DNA of 62,185 nt from Lobosporangium transversale (taxonomy: Eukaryota), in assembly GCF_002105155.1 (NCBI RefSeq), contig NW_019029022.1, positions 310,001 through 372,185 on the forward strand, read 5' to 3'. The position numbers were made by a program, and so were the translations under genes. The notes beneath the pieces were generated by a model. The model did no database searches. It had not been told where the DNA came from and saw nothing but the letters and a program-made list of their open reading frames with translations. Positions 36,660 to 49,297 of the stretch are shown here, in pieces. The first letter of the stretch is position 1; each line of letters opens with the position of its first letter.

Positions 36660-37399
36660 GGTGAATGTGATTAGGTCGTTCCTGAAATGCAGAATTGATC
36701 TCCAAAGGAAAAGGAATGAAAAGAAGAGGAAGAAAAAAAAAAAGAGCGTAAGGAGAGTAGAAAAGAAGAGAAGAGAAAAGAAAAGAAAAAAAAGAGAAGA
36801 GAAAATCTAGAAAAACCAAAAAAAAAAAAAAAAAAAAATGGCGGGCTGGGAGAAAGAAGACAAAATATGCAGAAACGATTTATCTCCCATGATCATGTCT
36901 GGCTAGGGAAAGTTGAGCGCCTGTGTAAAGACGAATGGTTGTGCCACCTGCTCACATTTTCGACGACGCGTGGCGGGATGCTTGATTACTCAATCATGTA
37001 CTGACATGTAAATGCCCATAAAGAATGTCGTTTTTCTAACATGGCAAATGATCATCCGGATGACTTTAGTTCGTCAGAGGATCACCCTTTTCCAACATCC
37101 TTTTGTGGAGAAACCGAATAGGCAAGGATGGAGTAAAGAGAAAGCTACCATCCTCAGATGTGCAAAGCATTTGAGAACCTTATTTTTCCCTGTTTCCTTT
37201 GATCCCTCTCCAATATAGCAGATATCACACGGACCTTAATCCGCTGGAATGCCTCTAAGATTCAGAGTCCGGATCTCCTATTAAAAGGATATGCGATACA
37301 AATTTACTACAGAACAATGTGGGATACGACTAAGGCAAAGGCTATTCAAAACATTCAACCTCTCTCCTTCCTCCTTGCCGGGAGAAGAAAATGCGGCTT

Positions 37400-38330
37400 C
37401 CGCACAAGCATGGCCACAAAATCCTATGATAAAGTCATAATAGTCAATCTTCAGATCTATTATTGCTGGCCAACTGGACTTTTACCACAAGTAATAACAT
37501 ACTTTTGTATTGGACTCTTTTTCTATCATTACTATAGATTCATCTGGTACTCGTCCATAACGGATATCTTTTTCTAAAAGTACTTTGCCAAAGAGATTGT
37601 TGCACCTAGATCAACGGTGCTATACTGTTGACTATTTATGGTGATAGGCACAGTTATTCTGTCTTTATCAGGAGCAGGGACTTCGAAGGCCCCCGATTAC
37701 TTAACACAAGTTTCCTCGACAGTTGAGTATGAAAGAAGGAAGGGCCCATTATTCGGAACCATATCTTTTAAGATTGTGTTATCCTAAAGGACCACTTGAA
37801 GCAGATGGCTTGCGAGTGTCCTTGGAAATATCCTCACAAAATCATCACGAAAAGTAACGTGTAACATCTTTGACCACATTTCTGCCAACTTCACCGCTTA
37901 TTCCCCCTAAAGAAGCGACTCCAGTCTATCCATAACTCTAAGCGATCGAACTGGGGCCGCATGTGCCGTATCCACTTTTTCGAGATTTTGTGATTGGCAT
38001 GCCTCGAATACCTTGTCAGTGACATTATCGAGAAAGGAATACGCGTCCACTTTGGCAAATAACGCATGTCTCTTATATACACGTACGCAACTTCGTCAAG
38101 TTCAGATGTTCAAATGCAACGCTAAAAGACATAATGGAGGTCAATCACTGAGATTTGCGATTTGAAAAGTGAGCAGCGTGCATAGTCCGTTTCAATTGAT
38201 CGCGATCCTTTATATTTTTTTGAATACTCTCGAGTGTACTGGCAACTAATTGACTCGCTTGTTGTTACAAGTCCGTCACGTAATGAGACACCACCAAACC
38301 AATTCAACCATCGTTTCTAGATTAAAAATA
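37400..38330 (-). mobile_element. Degenerate LTR-retrotransposon (Ty3/gypsy-like) gag-protease remnant
   Basis: Minus strand ~37663-37590 reads DRITVPITINSQQYSTVDLGATISL (retropepsin D-[STL]-G-A motif), with YDFIIG downstream. Many stops; limits are approximate. Confidence 0.45.
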
Positions 38331-38354
38331 TATGGGATCATGACTAAATGAAAT

Positions 38355-39058
38355 GGAGTCTACATGTAGTCCATGTAGCCTGTCCCATTAAAAACGGAAT
38401 ACTTCATCTAGACCAAGGATATTGTAAAAAGAACAAAAAATACATTAGCAGGTTTTTAAGACGAAGGCCTTTCAGGACCTAGTAATATTTGTAGTAGACT
38501 AAATCCTATTGCTGTTGTCGGCTTGATGACTCTCCTCCTCCTGGACTCAACAAAGGTTCTTTCGGTATCTCGGGTTTGGATCCAGCCTGTCAGTGAGCGT
38601 CAGTGCAATGCACATAAGCTACACAGGCTGGTGACGAGCCTAACGCACCGACGCGTTGAGCATCTATCCTAGGGACTTGTTGATAGTCATGGCGAAGGCT
38701 GGATGAGAAGGGCTATAAACAATACTTGAAATAAAAAAAATAAAAGCTTGTTGTTGTCCTTTTGTTTCGAGTTGCCGAAATATCACATTGAAAGCAAATT
38801 TGTGGTAAATTCATCAGCCTTTTTGTTTCGTACACCTATAAATACACTCTGCCTCTCTCTCTCTCTTTCTCTCCTATTTCACGACATTTATCTCTCACCT
38901 CCTCACATACACTAACAACTTCAACTTCAATCTATAGCTAACATTGCTTGTACTGTTTTATAATGTACTTTCTCTAGATAGAATAAATGAGTATCCCCTT
39001 GGTCTAGATGAACTGTCTCGTTTTAATGGGGCGAACTATAGCCACAGCTACTCTCCCA
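38355..39058. mobile_element. Old non-autonomous TIR element with degenerate inverted repeats
   Basis: cccattaaaaacggaatacttcatctagaccaagg (~38384-38418) pairs with ccttggtctagatgaactgtctcgttttaatggg (~38997-39030); weaker similarity extends outward. Confidence 0.6.
38582..38642. mobile_element. Solo terminus related to the 5561-6318 element
   Basis: caggctggtgacgagccta at 38624-38642 is identical to 6300-6318; an internal ccagcctg motif lies at 38582. Confidence 0.75.
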
Positions 39059-39070
39059 CGTATTATACTA

Positions 39071-39281
39071 GAGTCCTCGCCAGAAAGTCATGAACTGGAT
39101 ATATTTTTCAGGCATTTAAATTGAATAGAATGCTTCCATTTTTGGACATCAAGAATTTTGGGAATTTTTTTTTTTTCTATTGTGCTTTTCAAGCTTCGTA
39201 CGTAAATTGTATTTTTGCAAATAATAATTCAAATTGAGTATTTTAAAATATATCCAGTTCATGACTTTCTGGCGAGGACTC
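39071..39281. mobile_element. Tc1/mariner-type MITE with 37-bp perfect TIRs and TA target duplication
   Basis: gagtcctcgccagaaagtcatgaactggatatatttt (39071-39107) is exactly inverted at 39245-39281; TA flanks both ends; the interior is AT-rich and non-coding. Confidence 0.9.
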
Positions 39282-39294
39282 TATAAGGAAGACG

Positions 39295-39330
<36 letters not shown>

Positions 39331-39510
39331 CATTCAAGGAATGAGTGATGGAGAGGACGATTGTGCAATTTATATTTCTCATCTCCTACTGTGTTATTCT
39401 AGTAATATCTCTCCAAAGTGTGGTTCCGCTGAGGTCACATGTAATTTAAATCAACTTTTCTTAAGCGATGCCATGAACCTTTGCATCAATCATATCAAAG
39501 TCCAAGGACA

Positions 39511-41771
39511 TTATGAGCGCCGTTTGAGCCATTCTAAATCGACATGAGAGTTCTCAAGCCGATGCATTTTCTATAAAAAAAACAAAAGTCAAGTCAATGA
39601 TGATGTATCAGTATTCAACACGCTCATATCTCCAGAGTGAGTGAGCTCTTTTCTCGCTTAGAAATGAAAAAAGTTACAAACCCGCTTCCGGCGCGTCAAA
39701 AGTGGCTCTTCTAAAATATCCATGCTCTCGTCTTTGACGTCAGTCGGTGTACCTAACTCTTCAGCTTTGTTGTTACTATCTCTCTGTTGTTCCCTTGGGC
39801 ACGGTGAGACAGTTCCTGATAAACTTGCCTGCCGAAGATTGATGTTTTTCCTTTTTCGAGAATGTTTCATTATAGAATCGGATACAGCAGTATGAACCTC
39901 ATCGACGGATATCATCGTGACACACTTATCCCGTGTACTGGTGACTTCAGTATTGTCGCCATTCTCAGCATTATTGAACACACAGGTGACATTGCTGGTT
40001 ACTCTATCCATGATAACGTTTCGTGATTCGTTGACTTGCCGCATGTCGCATTCACGAGTTTTCTCGTATGATTCTTTAGGAAACGATGTTGGCATTTGAT
40101 AATTGGACGTTTGCGATTCCGCCTGTATTGTTGGCCTGAGGCTTAAAGTTCGGTCGGGAGTGCATTCATGCCTACTGTAATAAGGATATCGACCTTGGAC
40201 ATTAGAAGCCTCCTCGGTATCATGTTGACTATTTACCTCCGTTTCTAGCCTCTCATGGCCTTGTCGATCCAAATCGTTATAATAATCAGGCACTGTACTA
40301 CACCCCGCTATAGCCATAGCTTGAAGTTTATGCGAACCATTCTTAAGAGTTTGATTTTGCTTTGTAAAAAAAAAAAAGAAAGAAAGAAAGAAAGAAAGAA
40401 AAAGAAAAAAAGAAAAAGAAACCATCATCAATTGAACAGTGCAAATAATCGAAATAAATAAAAAAAAAGAACAGATGTCATACTTCTGCTATTAAAGAAA
40501 GCATTTGCGGCTGGAGCGTAGCCATTGCTTTCAGCTCCTTCATCTCTCTCTGTAATGTCTCCTCAATGGTTGACTTCCAAACCATAAAATCGGCACATAG
40601 TGCAGTACGCTCATTCTGTAAGTCACAAACATGTTTCTGCATCGCTTTTACAGTTTGCGCCATGTCTTGTAAACATTTCTCAAATCCTCCTTGAACATTT
40701 TGATCTTGTTTTCCCTTGAGGGTATCACTTATGCATTTCTGTACAACATGTGCGAGATCTTCGTATGCATGATCAAGTATCAGAGAGACTTTTTCTACCA
40801 CTTTGGGCTCTAGAGTCGAAACTAGTTTCTCCATCACAGAACGACTATCTGTGGCTAATCTTTTCTCAAAATCTGTAGAACAACGTTGCATGTTCTCTAG
40901 AACTGCATCGAAGGATGAAATCTTGTCCAAAAGGAATCGAAGCTCTCTTGATTGAGAGAATAAAGTTGTGGAGAGAGACGGAGAAGTAATACTGCTATTG
41001 CTATTGCCACTATTGGATATTTTCGTGTCGGTTGCATTGTTTTTGAGCTGAGCTTCATTGGACACATAAGGTCGAAGATATGACGGAATGCTACAAGGCT
41101 GCCATGTTGATAGACTGAAACCGGAAGTTAATGGTCTGCCAGTATCCAAAGCTGGGGCCAATGTGAGGATCGGTTTTTCAGTCAGAATAGGGCTTGTAGG
41201 ATCTGAGCCTATGGTTTGGTCTTGAGACGAGGTTGTTGCGGCAACAGATTTTGGAGCGTTTGTAATTGTCATTTCAGCTACTAATGCCATAGGAGTCTGA
41301 GAGACACATGGCAACGCATTATTTGGTGGGATGTTGCTCATGCTCGTTACAAACAGAGGGTCTGACGCCCGTACAAATTGCGGATCAAGGCACGGTGTAT
41401 GTCCGTGGTCTTGATGTTCTTGAAGCCTAGGATTCTGTATGGAAACCATAGCCTGAGAAGAAAATATATCCTTACGATTGATATTTGTTAGATCGAAGTG
41501 TTGAAACAACCAAGGATTGCGTAGTTGAGGTAGCGAGGCAAGGCGTTGTCGATGGTTCATGGTTGGAAAACAAAGCAAAAAAAAAGACAAGGATTGAAAA
41601 AAGGAGAAGCATGGTTAAGAAAAAGTTTATTTCTGAACAAAGCACATGTGCACAGCGAAAAATGCTATTTTTTCCATGGACATGAGTATGATTGGGTATA
41701 TAGCGATAAAAATTCTGATCCATGAAGGCTGCCATCGGAAAGGGGCTATTTTGATCATTTGTATATCTCAT
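39511..41771 (-). CDS. Uncharacterised protein with central coiled coil
   Basis: Long ORFs 40478-41590 and 39658-40431 are joined by a plausible intron; last exon KMHRLENSHVDLEWLKRRS*. The start is uncertain. Confidence 0.6.
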
Positions 41772-41794
41772 CTTGGGGTACACAACCAACAGTC

Positions 41795-42702
41795 TTAACG
41801 TCGACATCCATAGCAATAGTATTCAACCTCAGGTTTGTCATAGCTATCAAAATCAAGCGGCACCAAGGATCCTCAATATTTAGAATAGTTGAAGATGTTG
41901 ATAACACGTTTAGATAGACAAAAATAACAATGAAGGAGAGGGCCTTTTCCTTGTTACCTTGCAATACAACAAGCACGACATGACGGCTCCAGACAGGTCG
42001 CACATTGGATTATACAGAACTGGCATTGCAGCCGCTGACAGAACGTGCACGATCGAATCACAGCTTGATATCGCTCGCACATTCCCGGAATTCTGCTCGT
42101 TTCACAGCCATTAATTTCTCCTGTGCAGTCTGCAAATGTCATTGCTGAGGGTTGCACAGGATTCAAAGATTGAAAGGACTGTGCTTGGTTGGATGAGGGT
42201 GTCTGTGCATTCTCTTTGTTAAACATGAAGAGGCGTCGCATCGCTTCACTAGAGCTCTCTTTAGTGGTGTTTAGTTGTTGATGTTGTGCTTGCTGCTGTT
42301 GCAGTAATTTTTGCCGTTCTTCTTGCTCTCTTTGTTTTTCTTCCTCTAATAGTCGCTTTTGTCCCTGCATCATCAATGTCATTGTCCGATCTGTATCAGC
42401 AAATAAAGGGCAATTAAAAATTAAAATAGCATGTTATACGTAAAAATTTATCAAATGTCATGATTATGTACGAGGGCATCAAACGATGCTTGTGCTCATT
42501 CAGTTCATCGTTCCTTTAACTAGTCAACGGTACCATAAACAATCTCCTGTTCTAATCCAATACCAGACCGGGTCTTCATGACCAATGGCGAAATATCTTC
42601 ATAAGAGCTCTTCCGCTTGAGGGAACTTTTCTCTTGAGAGGCTGAACTTTGAAATGGGTCCGAGTCTGCTGTATAATGAAAGGTGAAAGGTATGTTGTTC
42701 AT
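41795..42702 (-). CDS. SIVA-like apoptosis regulator / Cys-rich zinc-finger protein
   Basis: Three exons: KRKSSYEDISPLVMKTR...QEIVYDRTMTLMMQGQK and C-terminal C..CTFCQRLQCQFCIIQCATCLEPSCRACC...YYCYGC. The layout parallels metazoan SIVA1. Confidence 0.72.
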
Positions 42703-42848
42703 TGTTCTATATGACGATGAGTATAAGAATAATACTATATAAAGCTGACGCGATTGAAACGCGGTACAATTCCTGGCGATGATCTGATGAAGTGCATGAA
42801 TTCAAATATGTAGATCTTGACGTAAAAAAAATCGTGGCTTATTTTACT

Positions 42849-45100
42849 CTAATTTCGTCTAGAGCTTTGCATGAATAAGGATCTTCAGAAAAGAGATGTT
42901 GTTAGATGAATGATAATATCACTAACACTGTTTTCGATTCATGAGTAGACATTTAGTCTTACATCTTTGAATTATTGTACCCAGACAGATATGCATCTTC
43001 CATAGCTGACTGAGTGACGGATGAATCTGCCGATGTATTCGATATCAAGCTTTTATAAGTATATAGGCGTTACTTGTTGGAAACAAAATTGATAAATCTC
43101 TGCAAAAACCAAACTCTACCTGAAAGATCGCTAAATGACGACCCGACCGAGTTCTGTGCGCTCGATTTCCGAGAATTCGGACCCGATCGTTCAGGGCTTG
43201 TCTTTATCTTAGTCGTAGAATCTCCTAATTATTATTATCACCATCATTATAATTAATATTCACTTTTTGATATTGGTTCCCAAGCAGAAATACAAGTATA
43301 GCAAGCTCAAGGTCCAAACCCACTTACCATCGCGACCTTGTGCCCTTACTCGGTTCGGTATAACCGTTTCTTTAAATCGAATACCTTGAACTCTGTGGTC
43401 ATCTTCATCTTCTCCATCATGCCCCATAATCTCTTCTAAAGCTCTAGTGCCAAGGTTCGCTAGTTCATCATCTAAGTGGAAGAGCATATTGTTACCTGAA
43501 GCAGTCCTCCTTTGATAGATATTGTCTATTTGCTCCAAAGGCTTCTTTTGCAAAATACTGGATGCTGAAGCTCCGCCGCTTGGCAAGAATGCCAGCACAT
43601 CTTCTAAATGAAGCTGCTTAATCTGCTCACTTATAGAACCGGATTCATCTTGAATAGTGCTATCAGCATCATCATCCGTATGACTGCTCTCATTACCATC
43701 GTCCTCGTCAGCATTTGACTCATTATTATCCCCACTGAAATATGGAGCATGATGCATGAATCCAAGTCCATAAGTGCCCTCATTTTGTCGAAATGGTAGT
43801 TGTTGAAAGGCTTCCCCGCTGGCCAGCTCATCATGCTTTACATCATGAGTACGTTGTTGCTGACCTCTTGAAATAGAGTCAGTTGATGATAATTGATTGA
43901 AGAATGATGTTTCTTCAAATATCTGAGAAGTGCTATTGCTCTGTGAATAAGGAGTTGATACAGAAGATACAGTTGATGATCGCTCATGTTCCTGAAATGC
44001 TGGCAAACTCCCTTGATCATGCGATCCAGAAGATATCCTCGCGCTTGGGCTCAAAATATTACTATGACGTACAGAGGCCGAGATCGTGGCCTGGTGGAAG
44101 GGATGCGCTGGCTCTGTGATGCGTTGGCTTGCTTCTGTTAATAGGGCTCCCTCCCTTGGAGACGTTGAGATTGTTGATAGTGCGTTCTGTATTCGCCTTT
44201 CGGACGCTGTACCCAAAAGTTGTGATCCTCTAGATGATCGGGATTGTGATATACCTCTCTTTGAAAGAGCCCCTGAGTTGTACATATTGGTTTCTGCGGT
44301 AGCTGCACTTCGTATAGATGGTGAAGGAGAGGAAGGTTGAACAGGGCGAATAGTGGAGGCTGATGAGGACATGGAGGCCGGTCGCATAGAAGAAGGAAAG
44401 GCGGAAATACTGTCTGAGAGTGATGGACTCGCCTGTGTTTTGCTGCCTATAGCACCATGTATTTCCTTCCCTGCAGGCTGGGCCATATTAGGACTTGTCA
44501 CATTAGGTCGTGGGCTTTCTGTCTGTTTCAATGCACCTTGAGAGCTAAGTGAATGTTGCTGTGCAGTTGGGGTGCCATCAAACGACAAGGCCGGAGCGCC
44601 TGGTCCAATAGCCCCCCGCGTGGTCTGTCGAAAGGTGGATTGCAATTGTCCTGTCGAATCTTGTAGTTCTCCAATACGATGTAGATCCTGAAGTTGGTTC
44701 TGATATAAAGATGCTGCGTGTCTGATCAAAAAGTGCACTGGTATATTGCCAAGCTGCCGAGATACAGCATTCCCTAGAATGGGTGCAGTGCATATGAAGG
44801 AATCTTGTAAGACTTGTGATAAAAAAGCAAAATATACGAAGTACTATTCTTACAATCTACTAAAGACGGCTTTGTCTGTCCAATGATTTGCCATAGTGTC
44901 TTCTCCATTGCCTCAGTCCATCGCACCTGCAAATTGAGAGAATGAAATGGCTATTATTGAATACTTGAATTCGAAAGTAAAGCTTTTCTGTCATTCATTC
45001 TGGATCAATGTCTCTGGCCTACCGGAGTATCAACAAACCCTTCAGGACGCGGGTAGGGCAATCTTATGATGACGTGAATGGGCTCTTCAGATGGGTCCAT
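42849..45100 (-). CDS. ATG29: Autophagy protein Atg29
   Basis: N-terminal HVIIRLPYPRPEGFVDTP-VRWTEAMEKTLW...VDW...FLIRHAASLYQNQL; C-terminal SVGSSFSDLSDSSVTQSAMEDAYLS; long disordered middle. Confidence 0.85.
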
Positions 45101-45705
45101 GTCATGAATCAAGTAGAGTGGAAGTATTGATTGAAGGACAATTCGATGAAACTGGGGAGAAAGAACAGTATCTGAAGCGCGTGCACGTTTCGTCTAAATT
45201 TGAGGACGTTTTTATTTCATTGTTTCTTCCTAGGTGAAGATGACTACGAGGTGCAAGAAGTTGCCCAGGGATCCCTTGTCTTTGAGAGGACCACAGCCCA
45301 TTAGTATCTAGAATAGGAGGAATGGTTATCAAAGGAAAAAGATCCAGCCGTGCGACATTCTGTATCTGTCTCAATGTGCCAGATCCCAATGATTGTTTGT
45401 GTCCCCACTTTGAAATTCTCAAAGAAAGAAATATGCAAGAATTAAAACTGATGTATGCTTGTAAAACTCTGGACTACGGGGCTACATTTCAAGTACGGTC
45501 AGCGGCTCACGATCTCTCTCAAGCAATATAGTCAATACTTTCGTACGCTGATGGCTTCATTCTATTTTATCTCAAATCGTCAATTACAATAGCGTATAAT
45601 CAAAGCATAGAAAAAATCTGAGGAGGATGTTAATCATTTATTGCCTTGGATTATCTTAATGTTTCATACTATACATGGAGGAGAATGGCCATTCCAACGA
45701 TTTGC

Positions 45706-48367
45706 CTACCAGATTATAAAGTTTTTTGATTTGCTCTTGGCAAGTTGCTCACTCCGGGGGCTGTTGTTATTGTGCTGCGCTGGTTTTGGTACTGAAACAA
45801 GTTGTGGAAGTTGGATAGAATCTGCAGATGCGTTGACATTAGCAGGATTCCGGTGTCCCGCTACATCAATAGAGGAATGGTCACTTCGAGTGTCTTCAAT
45901 GCTATGCTCATCATCGCCATCATTATGCCCATATTCTTTTGCGCCTTCTTTCATCAAGTTGTCAAAGTACTGCCCTGCTTCCCCTTCATCATCGGAATCT
46001 TCTGAAGATACATATTCAATGTCTCTCATGGCATCATTCATACTTTCTCCTCTCCGTTCGTTGTTGCTCCTTGTATGGATGGTGGAAGCAGTCTTGACAG
46101 GAGTTAGAGCCGTAGTGCTAAGAGGGATTCGCGAGTATTGACTGACTGCTTGGATGATTTGCGCCCTGTCAGACCTGATTTTCTCCAAAAACCGACCCTT
46201 TTTCAGATCTGCTGCCTCCAAACGAGAATTTAATGATTGCCGAGCCTTTTTGAATATCTCTTCTCGTTCTGAAAGACTCAATTCTCTATTCTCCTTTTTC
46301 TCAGTCTCGTCAATCATCTTGCGAGCGATTCGGTGCATAAGCTCATGTTTCAATCCAATAAACTTCTCCACCTCGTACTTGTCGTTGGTCGACAACTTCT
46401 TGAATTGTTCCAAAGGCTCACTAAGTATCTGCCGGACTGACATGTTCGGCTTGTCCTGCTTGATGGGTTTTGCTTCTAAAAAGATAGCGCACTCCATATC
46501 TTCTACTGCGAATTTTTCTCCTTGTCCTTTGAACAATATACGCTCCTCAGTCTCCATAATTCCCTCTACATCCATCCCGCCTTGATCCAACAGCCTCTCT
46601 TCTTCCTCCATTTTATCCAGTCCCTGTATGCCTGGAGGGTCATTAAATAGCTTCTGAAACTCGCCGCGATAGAAAACATCCTCTATATGTCGACGATGTA
46701 AAAGTACGCTTTTCGGTATCGTAAAGACATCTTTGATGAGTGACACCTCTTTACTATGATGAAGGCCCGATGATTTCTCTAAAGAATCAGCTGCAACCCG
46801 ATTGTGCTCATCAAACCGCACATGCGTCGATCGTCCGCTTTTCTTATGGTCATCGCGGTCCATAAAGAGCTCACGGTTTCGACGTTGTACGGCATTAGTT
46901 AAGCTAGCAAATGCACCCACAAAAAGTTCCCTGATCTTTCTCAGCTGATATGAGCTCTTGGCTGTGTCATTAGATGGATCATTGGGATCAATGCAGGACA
47001 GCAGCAATTCTGGGCCGCCACGACCGTATGCCATACGTCCATTGATGGGTGGCGGTTTTTCGAAATAGGATCCACCTTCCCTTACTGAGAGGCCAACTTG
47101 TGCGTAATTGAAGCACTGGCCATAGAGTTCAAAAAACTCTATGAGAAGTACCCCCAAATTCTCTTCTGGATTCATCTTCCTTGCCTGAATCTGGGGGTGC
47201 ATTTGTAAAAAGCTTATAATCATGATAACCGTCGTATATGAACCCAGACCTCCTGTGAAGACCTCATTGAAGTTCTATCATCAAGTTCAGTATAGAATAA
47301 ATATTAGTCGTTCTTGTATGTCAACTTGCGCCGAGCACCCTGTTGATTTCTTAAGAAGAAAAGGTGGAAAAAAAGAGCACCTTGATCATTAAAAAATGCT
47401 TAATCAGCATAGTTAGAGGCCGTAATACAGGTATTTCCTCTAAGAATACCGTTATGGCTTTGGCACTATCAATGCCGCTGACTGCATTGAACGAGACATC
47501 AACAGCAATCCCACTTATAGACTCTTTGAATTTGATAATAGGTACTCTCGCTTTGGCAATCACTGAGATATCTGTTGCAACACCATTACTCCGTAAATAG
47601 CTCGCCAATTTATAAAAGTCATTTTTCTGAAAATCTTGGTCCCGTAGCAGGACAATATCCATATCGCTATGTATTGTAGAGGCCATAAAGAATGAGTAAA
47701 TGATAAAGGTTGCCTCGAATGACCAAATAATACGAAACGTTGGTGATGACCTCAGATGTAAATCGCTGTCATATTTTGCATAAGAATATCCAGTATCTTC
47801 GGCATGGAATTACCTAGACGGAAGATATAGCCTTGTCTCATAGCTCCCGAATACCACCACTTCTACATCTTTCCATAGACGCTTGACTGTCTGTTGAATG
47901 ATTAGGTACACATATTTTCTAACTTGGTGTTCTTCTCGGGTAGGACTGATGTATTCCACAAAGTCCTTCAGCTCCTGTGTCAACATCATTGGCACCGAAG
48001 ACATTTTCGAATATTTTCGATGACCCATCCAGGGACAACCTGGAGGTGGTCCCATACTAGGCCCTTCATCGTCGCTCGAGGCTTCACTTCGCGTGCGCTT
48101 CTTTCCATGAGGTAATGAGTCTGTTGGGTTGCTGCCACTATCCTTGGATCGCGGGATAAAATCAAAAACGGACACTCCCGCTTTGTTCTCGTCCTCACTT
48201 TCCTCACTTGATTCAAAGCCGATAAAGTCGACACCACGTTGCATTTGATCACCTTCAAGATTGTTGGATGTCTGAATATTGATCTCAGAACGATCTCCAT
48301 CACTTCCACTTGAAAGCTCCATATCGGAGCCGCCATCTGTAGTACTCTGTCTCTGGGTAGGCACCAT
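45706..48367 (-). CDS. TRF4: Non-canonical poly(A) polymerase Trf4/Cid14/PAPD5 (TRAMP)
   Basis: LTQELKDFVEYISPT, VFGSYETRLYLPS-SDMDIV, AKARVPIIKF, VDVSFN, NEVFTGGLGSY, NLGVLLIEFFELYG and IDPNDPSND. Confidence 0.93.
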
Positions 48368-49297
48368 GCGAAACCTTGAATTTTATTACTGGATGTTTAC
48401 AATTGAATAGGCGTCGGATCATTTAACTTCCGATCCCACACAAAAAACTTTTGAAGATAATGAAAATGACTTTACAGAATTGGCCCAAACGGGTCAAAAG
48501 CTTTTTTTCTGTTTCGTGGCTTATACTTCCTTCATCAGTAGAAATTGACTTTTCAAAAAAAAAAAAAAAAAAAAAAAAAATTCCTGAGGCATAGACAAGT
48601 GACCTCAGTTTAAATTTACCACTTCAGCTTCTTCCAGCGGCATGTTGAAAGGGATATACATCCTGTCGAGCCAATTTATAGGACCGCAGATCGCCGAAGA
48701 CATGCAAAAGTGTGCTTGAGACATACATAGACAGGCATCAACTACGTCCTGAGAGGAGGATCACGGGTGTTGATAAACTGCTTTAGTATAGTCAACCCCA
48801 AGTTGCAATGTACCCTACTTTAGCATATAAAAGCTTATTCAAGGGGCATTAATCTCTACTCTTGTGAAGTGTGAAGACAAACGTTCAAGAGATCATGCCG
48901 ATTGGATAGATTTTGAAAGACAGGAACTGTTTTGTCATGAAGCTTGCAAAGCTACTCAAAAAAAAAGGTGGAAGCTTAGAACTTTATCAAGATCTCTGAT
49001 GTAGGGTTTCGAAGCAACCATGCCTGGCACTGATTATATTGATGATGACATGATGAGCAATGTTTTTCCCACTGCTTTCACTGGCTTAGATAAGACCAGC
49101 TCAATGAGAAAGGTGTTTAAAAAACCAGAACCAACTCTTCATTTTTTCTTCTTACACTATCCATTGTCTACACTCACACTTGTTCATTCATTCATTCATT
49201 CATTCATCGACTTTTAATTTCAACTTTCCCTTCCTTTGCTTTTATTTCCAGTATTTATATTTTTTCACATCATTAACCTTAACTTAAAGTGTTCAAT

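Noticed and set aside
45102..45560. Short ORFs between ATG29 and TRF4 as a separate gene
   Set aside because: I could not build a consistent spliced model or find a motif; probably UTR or promoter, though not excluded.
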